DNA of 47,316 nucleotides, taken from Chitinivibrionales bacterium (GTDB lineage Bacteria; Fibrobacterota; Chitinivibrionia; Chitinivibrionales; WJKA01). This document shows positions 38,866 to 47,316 of the stretch, one piece after another. Numbering within the stretch: the stretch's first letter is position 1; each line of letters starts with the position of its first letter. Location of the stretch: NCBI GenBank assembly GCA_038247415.1, contig JBBRUX010000031.1, positions 1 to 47,316 of the forward strand, in the 5' to 3' direction. A model generated the notes under the pieces. The model was given only the letters and a program-made list of their open reading frames with translations, searched no databases and was not told the origin of the DNA. Made by a program: the position numbers and the translations under genes.

Positions 38866-39408
38866 TCAGGAAACATGCAATCTTTGCAACCAATCTTGAA
38901 TAATCGGCTTAGCGTAAGCTGTTATCTCTGCATAGCCATTCTGAGTAATATGGAGCCCATCATCAAGAAAGCAATGTCCACGGGGAGCAGATTCCTTAAA
39001 AATTATATCATTAGGATCAATAAATAAATCCCCTATTTTCATTTTTGCCTTAATCGCCTCATTAATTACATCTATTCTTTCCCAATTGCCTGTTTTTTGC
39101 GGAGCCTTCATTATACCAAAGTAGCAATATTTTACTTTTGGCATAATAGCATGAACATAGTTGCTACACTGTGCAACATGTGCAATAATGTCCGCATCTG
39201 GTGTATTACCATTGAGGTCATTGCTTCCGCAATAGAGCATAACCACATTGGGATTTTCGCGTACCAGGATTTTCTCTATGGTACGTGCCCAATATTCTGA
39301 TGTGGTGCCTCCAAGGGAGCAATTGGCAACCACATACTCCGGAACAAGGTCTCCTACCCGTTGATACTGCTCAAATATCGAACTCCCCAGAACGAGTAGT
39401 TTCTCCAT
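38866..39408 (-). CDS. GDSL/SGNH hydrolase family protein
   Basis: Block I VLGSSI, block II LGGT, block III YCGSND and block V DGLH. Confidence 0.88.
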   Translation of the reverse strand: MEKLLVLGSSIFEQYQRVGDLVPEYVVANCSLGGTTSEYWARTIEKILVRENPNVVMLYCGSNDLNGNTPDADIIAHVAQCSNYVHAIMPKVKYCYFGIMKAPQKTGNWERIDVINEAIKAKMKIGDLFIDPNDIIFKESAPRGHCFLDDGLHITQNGYAEITAYAKPIIQDWLQRLHVS

Positions 39409-39412
39409 CGCC

Positions 39413-40063
39413 TTATGCTCCTTCAAATTCCTGCACATGCATCCAGGGCACACTGCACGTCATGCTCATTGGCGCTTGACTATACGGATGAAACCACGAA
39501 AGCATGCTTGCATGCAGATACATGCGTGATGCTTTTTGCGTTCCGTAAATTGGATCACCCACCAGCGGATGCCCCTGTGCGCTGCAATGCACCCGAAGCT
39601 GATGGCTTCGACCGGTTGTAGGCATAAGCTTTAAAAGTGTAGCGGAAGGGATTTTCCTAATAACCTCAAATTGCGTTTGGGCAGGCTTTCCGTTTTGCAG
39701 ATCTACTTTGTGGCGTGGCCATCCGGTTGTGGGGTCTTTTCCATCTTCACATAAAGGCAAATCTATTACACCGTGCGGTGTTGACCAATCTCCGGCTACC
39801 CACGCAACGTATTCTTTTTTAATGAGCCGATCTCGGAATTGTCGCTCTAATTCGCTCTCGGCTTTGCGCCGTAGTGCAAAAACCATAATACCCGTAGTGA
39901 GCATGTCGAGCCGATGTACCACAAGGGCTGTTGGAAAACCTTGGTTGTGCAATCGCGTCAACACAGAATCTGATATGTCTTTGCCGGGAACAGAGAGAAG
40001 CCCATAAGGCTTTTCGATTACGACCTGATCGCGATCGCTGTGCAAAATAGTAATGCTTGTCAT
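39413..40063 (-). CDS. rluA: RluA family RNA pseudouridine synthase
   Basis: KPYGLLSVPG, VHRLDMLTTG, K.Y.A.V.G, TGRSHQLRVH, GHPLVGD and LHA. Confidence 0.9.
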   Translation of the reverse strand: MTSITILHSDRDQVVIEKPYGLLSVPGKDISDSVLTRLHNQGFPTALVVHRLDMLTTGIMVFALRRKAESELERQFRDRLIKKEYVAWVAGDWSTPHGVIDLPLCEDGKDPTTGWPRHKVDLQNGKPAQTQFEVIRKIPSATLLKLMPTTGRSHQLRVHCSAQGHPLVGDPIYGTQKASRMYLHASMLSWFHPYSQAPMSMTCSVPWMHVQEFEGA

Positions 40064-40117
40064 TTTAGGACTTTTGCCTTCCAAACACTCATTGCCAACA
40101 GTGGCAGAATTTTTATA

Positions 40118-40480
40118 TCAAGCACCTACGCATAAAGCAATGGCGTCGATAATTGAGGTTAGCTCGGTTGCAGACACCCTCCCGAGCTTATGCTGGAACC
40201 TTTGCAGCGAAACAGATTTAACTTGAAAACTGTCGGCTCCAGAATCTTTTGATAATCCATTCAAGCCATTTTGTTTGAGAATCGTGAACCAGACAAAATT
40301 TTTATATCTTTCATCCCAATCGGTAAGTGGCACTACTATCCGTAACGGCAATTTTCCAATACTGTTTTCGCTTACAACAACAGAGGGTCTAATCTTGCAC
40401 ATTTCGGATCCTATGACCGGATTAAACTTCACCATCCAGATGTCCCCTTTGAGGGGCACAATCGAATTACTTGTAGTCAT
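40118..40480 (-). CDS. mazF: Type II toxin, PemK/MazF family endoribonuclease
   Basis: GDIWMVKFNPVIGSEM.KIRPSVVVS, IVVPLT, NGLSKDS.AD..QVKSVS..R...KLG. Confidence 0.92.
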   Translation of the reverse strand: MTTSNSIVPLKGDIWMVKFNPVIGSEMCKIRPSVVVSENSIGKLPLRIVVPLTDWDERYKNFVWFTILKQNGLNGLSKDSGADSFQVKSVSLQRFQHKLGRVSATELTSIIDAIALCVGA

Positions 40481-41666
40481 AGAAGTCACCCACATCAAAA
40501 GCTGTTAAGGCAACATTAGTTTTATATATGTCGACTGCTTTTTCTGTGGATTTTTCAAGTTCTTTATTCCGTTCCCACAAGGGCATTTTCCTTAAACGCC
40601 CCGGTGCGGTTTCGATGGGAAACTCTTCACACTCCAATATGTTTTTTAATTCTGGAAAAAGGTCAATTGCTTCTTGCGCAGAAAGTGCCCCCTCAGCAAT
40701 TAATCGCAAAGCGGTTTGCTGCAATTTTGATGGTGTTTCATTACCTTTAAAAACACCAGGTTCACTTTTCCGCCAACCTTTCAAACTTAAATTTTTAAAT
40801 AACTTTTTAAAGAGTGATTGTTCAATTACACCATGTGTAAAAGCTGAATATACCCAGGCACCAACGCTCATTCCATATTTTTCCTTAAGCAGTAGCAACT
40901 CGGATAGCGTAACATTTCTTCGATTGTCTCCCAACTCCTTCTTGACTACTGTAGGGGGAACAAGAAATGATGATGCAAAACGGTGAGCCATTCTTTCTGC
41001 TTCTTTATCATCAGTTATTCCAGAACAATCCATAAGTATATGTCCAAGTTCGTGAGCAAGATCAAATCTTAGGCGATCTGCGGGGACTTGACTATTAATA
41101 ATTAACAAAGGAAATTGTTTGTTAACCACAGCAGAAAGTCCATCAAACATCGACATCGGTTCTTCAGAATACTTAATTACAATAGCCCCGTGGTTCTCAA
41201 AACAGTGCGTTACGCTTTCAATCGGATCCAGACCCAATTTCCAATGCAATCGCAATTGTTGTGCAACATAATCAGAGTCCTCAATTCGCCGTACAATGGC
41301 ACGCTTAGGAAAATCGGCTTTAAATGAAGGAACAAGTGTATAGATTTTCATTAACTTGGATGCTTTTTCTTTCGCGTAAGATTCAATAGCCTCCCGTTTT
41401 CTTTTACCTAACCTGTATAATGATGCTCGATACGAATACCATTCTATTTGAGACTCGGATTCTTCGTTAAAAAGTGCTGCTGGGGTGGTTCCGTATATAT
41501 GCGCCAATTCGCGAACCATTGATGCATGTGGTGTACGCTTTGCATTTTCATAGTACGACAAAGCAGTCTTGGTTATGCCACAACCTTGTTCCTGCAAGCG
41601 AGCAATTACCTGATCTTGAGAAAAACTTGCTGCAAGTCGTGCTGATTTTAGCTTTTTATTTAGCAT
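40467..41666 (-). CDS. XRE-family HTH + ImmA/IrrE zinc metallopeptidase fusion with extra C-terminal antitoxin-like tail
   Basis: N-terminal HTH (LKSAR...ALSYYENAKRTP), FDGLS, RLRFDLAHELGH, ERMAHRFASSFL, LKEKYGMS and a roughly 60-aa extension. Confidence 0.88.
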   Translation of the reverse strand: MLNKKLKSARLAASFSQDQVIARLQEQGCGITKTALSYYENAKRTPHASMVRELAHIYGTTPAALFNEESESQIEWYSYRASLYRLGKRKREAIESYAKEKASKLMKIYTLVPSFKADFPKRAIVRRIEDSDYVAQQLRLHWKLGLDPIESVTHCFENHGAIVIKYSEEPMSMFDGLSAVVNKQFPLLIINSQVPADRLRFDLAHELGHILMDCSGITDDKEAERMAHRFASSFLVPPTVVKKELGDNRRNVTLSELLLLKEKYGMSVGAWVYSAFTHGVIEQSLFKKLFKNLSLKGWRKSEPGVFKGNETPSKLQQTALRLIAEGALSAQEAIDLFPELKNILECEEFPIETAPGRLRKMPLWERNKELEKSTEKAVDIYKTNVALTAFDVGDFYDYK

Positions 41667-41875
41667 AGCAATGCCTTCTTAGTGTTAACAAATTATAGAT
41701 TAATATAATTAATGTTAACTTATCTACACGTCGATTTCTATCAAAAAACTGACTCTTACAAATAATTGGTTTAAGGTCTGAATTGGATGGGTATACTCGT
41801 TGAGAAACTATCCAAGATTGCCCTGGGCGCTTATTGAGGCCAATAAATTTAATGCTCTCTCTTTTATAGCCACTA

Positions 41876-42112
41876 TCACTCCTTATGCTGAATCATTTCC
41901 AGCAACTCGATTGCTTCGTCTCTATTTTCCAGTGGAACCCGTAACTCAATAGCAATAGGACTTGCTACGGTAAAGGGCATGGGCTCTACACTCCTCGCAT
42001 TTTCATTGATGCAGTGAAAATTGATTCCTGCTGTTTCGAGGGCATCTTTTGCCAAAGCGAGTTCTACTTCAAACCCGTTGTCAAATTCGGCAATCGTGAC
42101 AAATTCCGACAT
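41876..42112 (-). CDS. DUF2007 (putative signal transducing) protein
   Basis: ELALAKDALETAGI...NEN...IELRV....DEAIELL pattern. GAGGAG RBS. Confidence 0.8.
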   Translation of the reverse strand: MSEFVTIAEFDNGFEVELALAKDALETAGINFHCINENARSVEPMPFTVASPIAIELRVPLENRDEAIELLEMIQHKE

Positions 42113-42176
42113 GATAGACTCCTCAATGTGTGTAAGCTGCCCATTTTATTTTTCGTAGAGTATTGGGCAAAAAGCC

Positions 42177-44894
42177 TTATTGCTTTCCTAAAATAATTGT
42201 TCCCCAGCGCAAAGGTTTTTTAAGCGATTCATCGAACTCTTTATTGCAATAAAATTGCTCCAGAGGTTCCCCCCTGTTACCAATGCAATAAGTAAAGGGC
42301 ATGTGTGTTCCAGCACTCAGTTTGCCCGGCGCAAAAACAGATGCAGGAATAAAGAAATTCAAAATATACCCACTTGTATCATTAAGGGTATAGTGGGCAG
42401 GAATTGACTCAACCGCTGCTACCACGGTATCGCGCTTAACCCACACAAGGCACGTATCTACTCCTCGCACAGGAGCAATCCAAATACCGATAGAATTTTG
42501 ATTTACTATTTTAGAAGCAACTCCATCTGTTTGAAAATAAAGCTCTATGCAATCGCCATTAGGAGGGTAGGATTTGTCTTCCCGTATACGCGTATCGGGA
42601 ACCTTTGCAGATCCGTAGAGCCCCTGAGTATTCCATGCAATTGTCAACATGCCTTCTGCTTTCCCTTCGTAGGGCGCTCCAAGACTTTTAATACCGGGCA
42701 GCAGTGCAGTTTTGCTCAGTACAAAAGCCGAGTCCTTGAAAAATAGCACTTCACGAGGATTTTCTTTACTTCCCACTATGTTGGCAGCAAATACCTTAGG
42801 TTCATATCGTTTACGATCTGCATCGATACTTTTTTCCATTATTGTGAGATAATGCGAAGGTATAGAGTCTAGTACTGGAATAAGGTTACATCGGTTTTTA
42901 TTTTTCTCGGGTATAACAAGCTTTTCCCATAAGCCTCGGTTTGGTGTAGCATACGTACTAGTATCCAACAATGCCGATTCATACACCAGATTTTGAAATG
43001 GACCAGGAACCACCAAACTAGTATTATAAGGGGTACCATTAAAATCTTTGTCAAGAAAACTGAATACTGGGCATCCTACACGCTTCATTGCTTCACTCAG
43101 AGTACATTCAAACATAAGATCAAATCGCGAAAAAACCGAGCGCAGCATAACCGGCACAATGCTATGAGCATCCTGGTGGGTTAGCTTTTTCCACTCTAAA
43201 AATAAGAGACTAGGAAATGCCCGAAAGCGAAGCAATGCTGCACTATCAAGAACTTTGCTTTGCGGTAATCCGTTTGCAGCTGCGACTCGCTTTTCAAGTG
43301 AATCCTGTGTAAAGCGGCCTTTATTGGTATTTACCATAAAGAATGGTACATCATACGGCGCGCCCCATGTTTCTAATGAAATTCTATTATAGGGGCCTGT
43401 AAATGCATTATAATCTGAGAGATTATCGGATGAATGTTGTGTAGCAGGCGGAAAGCTTATAGATCCTCCAAAATTTGCTGCAATAAGATTATTGTAAACG
43501 CGCCAATGCGAAGCCTGATCTTGCACTTGCGCAACGCGATCGGTGCCGATATGATTCCAAATTCCAAAATTTGCATTACCATAAATCAAATTATTTACAA
43601 TATGTACATTGCAGGCGTCGTGGCTATAAATACCATCTCCCGCCAAATTGCCGCCAATCATTGTGAGGGCAATAATGTTATTATCAATAATAACAGAATC
43701 ACGGCCAAGCTCCATAAATATTCCTGCACCAACGTTTGCAACAATGGTATTTCTTGTTACCCGCGATCGCGATGCACCATTATCCAGCCACAATCCGCAG
43801 ATCCCATTGTCTCGGATAACATTGCCCATTATCAATCCATCGGTCAGATTATGAAGCTTAATCCCGCCGCCTTCCATTCCCACAAATCCTTCGCGATTGT
43901 TGCGCTCGATATAATTGCCGGTGATAAAAGTTGCTCGGGGATTTAAACCTACAATACCAGCAGCCCCGTTATCGACAATAGTATTCTTTTCTATGATATG
44001 GTACCCGGCTCGATACTGCTGCCGTTGATGCAAACTATCACCATCCTCTACACCTTCTATTCCGCAATCGATACCAATAGTCTTTGCAAAGCGGATTGTA
44101 CAATTGCGAACGATCCAATGATTTCCCCCACGAAAGCCAAGGGCTCCTTCTTGAGGTGGCCCCTGGGACATATAAAAATTTTCGGGATATTGATTCGCGC
44201 AGTGCTCAAGAACTAGTCCGTCGAGAGTGATATAGCTTGTTCCTCGTGTAAACGGAGCAAAGATCCTATGCCGTACCGAAATTTCTACAAGAGCGCGGGA
44301 TAGTGTTCTCATGGATTTTTGTGAATGTACCAGTATGGCTTTCCCGCTATCGACAGCACAAAAAGTTCCTTCCCTTGTAGTAACATCGTATGCGCGCGCA
44401 ACCTCAATAAGCGGTATGCCATCAACAAAAACTTGGCCGAGTGTCAACAGGCTGTCGCCAACACTTCTGTGTACTGCAAACGGATTATATTTTTTTACAA
44501 TCCCATTACTTTGCATACGAGAAAATGATGAAGGCTTACATGCAATTCTGTAAACATCCTCCCCCAAAGAAGTTATACCTTGGGAAACCACCTCAGACCC
44601 ACGAATACTAACGGTTTGGTCTTTGCCAGCGCGATATACAATAGGCTTATGCGGTGTGCCTCCCTGCGCGGGAGCCACGCGCTCGCGATAAATTCCCGAT
44701 AAAATAAGAACTGTGTCGCCTGCACGAGCACGTGCTGCCGCGGGCGAAATGGTTTTAAAAGGCAACGAGTTTGAGCCGACTCCTTTATCTGAGGCACGCT
44801 GATTTTTCTGATCCACAAACCAGGTTCGTGAATATGCAGAAAACACAAAACTCATAAGGCATACAATCAAGATAGCGTTTTCTTTTCTGAACAC
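42177..44894 (-). CDS. Secreted right-handed beta-helix protein (DUF1565, GH120 beta-xylosidase-like) with C-terminal CBM9-like domain
   Basis: Signal peptide, PFKTI..AA..A.AGDTV.I..G.YRE, GQVFVDG, GGIKLH, GLWLD and parallel beta-helix repeats. C-terminal AWNTQGLY...VPD...GDCIELYF. Confidence 0.75.
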   Translation of the reverse strand: MFRKENAILIVCLMSFVFSAYSRTWFVDQKNQRASDKGVGSNSLPFKTISPAAARARAGDTVLILSGIYRERVAPAQGGTPHKPIVYRAGKDQTVSIRGSEVVSQGITSLGEDVYRIACKPSSFSRMQSNGIVKKYNPFAVHRSVGDSLLTLGQVFVDGIPLIEVARAYDVTTREGTFCAVDSGKAILVHSQKSMRTLSRALVEISVRHRIFAPFTRGTSYITLDGLVLEHCANQYPENFYMSQGPPQEGALGFRGGNHWIVRNCTIRFAKTIGIDCGIEGVEDGDSLHQRQQYRAGYHIIEKNTIVDNGAAGIVGLNPRATFITGNYIERNNREGFVGMEGGGIKLHNLTDGLIMGNVIRDNGICGLWLDNGASRSRVTRNTIVANVGAGIFMELGRDSVIIDNNIIALTMIGGNLAGDGIYSHDACNVHIVNNLIYGNANFGIWNHIGTDRVAQVQDQASHWRVYNNLIAANFGGSISFPPATQHSSDNLSDYNAFTGPYNRISLETWGAPYDVPFFMVNTNKGRFTQDSLEKRVAAANGLPQSKVLDSAALLRFRAFPSLLFLEWKKLTHQDAHSIVPVMLRSVFSRFDLMFECTLSEAMKRVGCPVFSFLDKDFNGTPYNTSLVVPGPFQNLVYESALLDTSTYATPNRGLWEKLVIPEKNKNRCNLIPVLDSIPSHYLTIMEKSIDADRKRYEPKVFAANIVGSKENPREVLFFKDSAFVLSKTALLPGIKSLGAPYEGKAEGMLTIAWNTQGLYGSAKVPDTRIREDKSYPPNGDCIELYFQTDGVASKIVNQNSIGIWIAPVRGVDTCLVWVKRDTVVAAVESIPAHYTLNDTSGYILNFFIPASVFAPGKLSAGTHMPFTYCIGNRGEPLEQFYCNKEFDESLKKPLRWGTIILGKQ

Positions 44895-45134
44895 AGGGGA
44901 CCTTTCGATAGTTTATACCTTTAAATATGTATCATCTCTGTTTTAAAACGTGCGATTGATTTTTAAAAATAGTTTGTAATTATTAAAACTATATTTCAAA
45001 ATACCGGCTGGTCATTTTCAACGGCTTTGCATTGCATACATGGCTACATTTAATTTTTTTGATTATATTACATTACAATGATGAAATCACGGTCGCATAT
45101 CTTTACTTTCCTTGCCAAACGAGGGGCCGCCTCC

Positions 45135-47195
45135 ATGAAAAATCTTAGCGCGAGTATTTTGTTTCTCCTTCTTGCTTTTACCGTGTCTTCTGTTGCAAAA
45201 CCTGCAGCCCAGTTAAAATCCGAATTGCTCGACATTATCCCCGCTGGCAAAAAAGCAAAATTAGCGTGGACTAAAGGCGGATTTCATCGTGACGATCTCT
45301 ATACCGGTAACCACGATCGCTCTGTATACGTTGTTGATAGTGATGACGGTATTATTCGCGAACTAACCCCCGATTCCATTTTTCCAGAAAAAAAACGCAA
45401 CATCGATAATCCCTCCATAACTTTCGATGGCTCGCGTGTAATTTTTTATGAGGGGTATAGTGGCTTATGTTATGTAATAAATTGGAATGGTACCGGACTT
45501 AAAAGTTTTAAGGTCGAGGGATTCATGTCAAGATATTGGCACGATCCAGTTGCCGGTACCGACTGGGTTACCGTACATCAATATAATGTTTCTCGCATTA
45601 ATGTCGATAACCCAACTCAACAGGTATATCTCTGGGGCTTAACCGATCTTACCAGGCCCTGGTTTACCCTCTCCCCAGATGGCACCCATTTAGGATTTAG
45701 CCCTGGAGGACAAAATGTGGGCATTGCCAAAGTCCCCAACGGAGAACTTATTCTTGCCGATAGTATAGGTTGCCGAACAAATATTTCGCCCGATAATAAC
45801 TATGATATTATGTTTCAACTGCCCTATCATAGAATTATCCGGATTTGTGATTCGACTGGCAGGAAAAAATCTGACCATATAATAACCGACACCATCATCT
45901 CATGGGCAAAAAAAACCAACCATCTCAACTCATGCAGACCGTATATGGAATATGAAACATTACGCTGGTCTAATCATCCCGATTACATTACCTTTTACAC
46001 CTATTTTACCAATGTAAACCCGTTCATATGGAGACTCTCTGATGGTAAATGGATGTGGGTTGACGATAGCCTTGGCGCATGTGGATACGCTGGCAATATG
46101 GATATGGTAGTCCTGGATACGAGCGCGCTACCACCATCTGCACCATCGGTTATGTCTGTGCCCGATTTTCTAAGCGTTGTTAATCTGCCCATCGTTATCC
46201 GGGTCATAGGCATTAAAAATCTCCCGTTGTCTACCATTACAGTAACCGGGCTTCCTCCTGGACTTTCTATTGTCAAAGATTCTGTGGCAGCAGCATCCTT
46301 TAAGCTTTCGGGAACACCCACTTCGGTTGGATCTTTTGTGGCCATTGCTACCGCAACAAACAATTTAGGCAGCGCAACGGACACCTTTACAATACAGATT
46401 AATGCAACTAACACCGCTCCCGTAGTAAGTGCCGGGCAAGATGTTATGACACGTATTGGGAGAAAATTTAGTTTGGCAGGATCGGCTTCCGATGATGGAT
46501 TTCCTAACCTCTTCCCTACTGTTTGGTGGAGGCGCATTTCTGGTCCTGGTACGTTTACTATTGCAGTTTCAGTTTCTGCTACATCACAAGTTTCCTTTGC
46601 AGATACGTCTTTAGGGGATCATATTTTCGAAATAGCCGCATACGACGGCGAGCTCTCAACGCGCGACACCGTTGTCGTAACTGTCAAACCGGCATTCACC
46701 CCAAAAGTTCTCTCTCCTGTACTCAAAGATACCGTACACGCAGGTGCCACAACCACGGTCAAATGGACAATAGACTTTCCTGCTGCTGTTGTACTTCTCT
46801 TTTCTACCGATAATTGGAAAAACGAAATAGATATTACCGGAAATAAAACCATACCCGCAACAGATACAACCTATGATTGGGCTGTTTCTGCCGACCTTAT
46901 TAATTCCGACAATTGCCAGATCCGGGTTGTCGATTACCTTTCTAAAACTGAAATGGCCATGTCAGCAAAATTTTCCCTGCGGGGTGGAATTTCTAGTATC
47001 CGACATCTGTACAATGCTAAACCAAATGTGCTTCAAGGCACCTATCAATATTTCACGTTAGATGGAAGAAAGGTGGATAGCAAAGGATATTCTCAAAGCA
47101 CTCGCATGCGACAAGCGAACGCTTCAGGAATAATTATCAGAAAATCGCGTAACGTCGCAGTTCAAAAAGATTCTAAACTTGTTGTGATGCCATAA
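45135..47195 (+). CDS. Secreted multidomain protein: TolB-like beta-propeller, putative Ig (He_PIG), PKD-like and Ig-like domains, C-terminal sorting-type tail
   Basis: Signal peptide, PSITFDGSRV, LSPDGTH, GLPPGLS...SGTPT..G, NTAPVVSAGQD...ASDDG...W.RISGPG and YFTLDGRKV. Confidence 0.75.
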   Translation: MKNLSASILFLLLAFTVSSVAKPAAQLKSELLDIIPAGKKAKLAWTKGGFHRDDLYTGNHDRSVYVVDSDDGIIRELTPDSIFPEKKRNIDNPSITFDGSRVIFYEGYSGLCYVINWNGTGLKSFKVEGFMSRYWHDPVAGTDWVTVHQYNVSRINVDNPTQQVYLWGLTDLTRPWFTLSPDGTHLGFSPGGQNVGIAKVPNGELILADSIGCRTNISPDNNYDIMFQLPYHRIIRICDSTGRKKSDHIITDTIISWAKKTNHLNSCRPYMEYETLRWSNHPDYITFYTYFTNVNPFIWRLSDGKWMWVDDSLGACGYAGNMDMVVLDTSALPPSAPSVMSVPDFLSVVNLPIVIRVIGIKNLPLSTITVTGLPPGLSIVKDSVAAASFKLSGTPTSVGSFVAIATATNNLGSATDTFTIQINATNTAPVVSAGQDVMTRIGRKFSLAGSASDDGFPNLFPTVWWRRISGPGTFTIAVSVSATSQVSFADTSLGDHIFEIAAYDGELSTRDTVVVTVKPAFTPKVLSPVLKDTVHAGATTTVKWTIDFPAAVVLLFSTDNWKNEIDITGNKTIPATDTTYDWAVSADLINSDNCQIRVVDYLSKTEMAMSAKFSLRGGISSIRHLYNAKPNVLQGTYQYFTLDGRKVDSKGYSQSTRMRQANASGIIIRKSRNVAVQKDSKLVVMP

Positions 47196-47220
47196 TATAT
47201 GGGTCATCCGGGTTTTTCAT

Positions 47221-47256
47221 GGGTACCCACAACATCTTGTGGTGCCCGCTATTTTT
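47221..47256 (+). terminator. Possible intrinsic terminator after the secreted protein gene
   Basis: Bulged stem GGGTACCCACAA-CATC-TTGTGGTGCCC followed by GCTATTTTT. Confidence 0.5.
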
Positions 47257-47316
47257 AAGTGAGAGATTCCCCATTCGTGACTTAATATCAAGATCCCTTG
47301 GGGCTCTGCCCCAAAC

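Noticed and set aside
38501..38899. 132-aa plus-strand ORF as an alternative to the 112-aa minus-strand gene
   Set aside because: It overlaps the GDSL gene end, has no RBS or motifs, and runs against the local minus-strand gene run.
40085..41875. mazF/XRE-ImmA block as a bounded mobile element or prophage remnant
   Set aside because: No integrase, transposase, tRNA target, terminal inverted repeats or flanking direct repeats were seen. It may be horizontally acquired but cannot be delimited.

Overview
A gene-dense 47.3 kb bacterial chromosomal segment. It is most likely from a Fibrobacterota (Chitinivibrionia-like) genome; this is inferred from the TIGR02147-family gene, its coupled lipoprotein and the C-terminal sorting-type tails on secreted proteins. 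From left to right it holds: (i) a perfect 9x16-bp tandem repeat at the window edge, directly upstream of an acyl carrier protein; (ii) a convergent lipid-metabolism cluster with a degenerate AMP-forming ligase, a close homologue of cyanobacterial acyl-ACP reductase and an SRPBCC-PilZ-PilZ fusion; (iii) an FMN-binding protein and an RlmI-type methyltransferase; (iv) a complete Dpp/Opp ABC operon ending in a lipoate-protein ligase; (v) a secreted M6 protease; (vi) a housekeeping operon yicC-rpoZ-coaBC-udg-dnaB-mlaE with no gmk; (vii) satP, a wzz-like gene and ftsH-folP; (viii) a GH38 alpha-mannosidase and a double-HTH GntR/LacI hybrid regulator; (ix) an internally deleted secreted cyanophycinase pseudogene; (x) a TIGR02147 plus LRR-lipoprotein pair preceded by phased GAAAC-N5-GTTTC palindromes; (xi) ROK kinase, ligA, a GDSL hydrolase and rluA; (xii) an XRE-ImmA/IrrE protein with an antitoxin-like tail coupled to mazF; (xiii) DUF2007, a GH120-like beta-helix/CBM9 protein and a divergent secreted Ig/PKD protein. 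No rRNA, tRNA, CRISPR array or transposase was recognised. The best novelty candidates are the possibly c-di-GMP-gated fatty-aldehyde lipid module at 1-4.2 kb, the protease/repressor/antitoxin-MazF module and the TIGR02147 operator/lipoprotein module. All assignments come from motif recognition by eye, without database searches.
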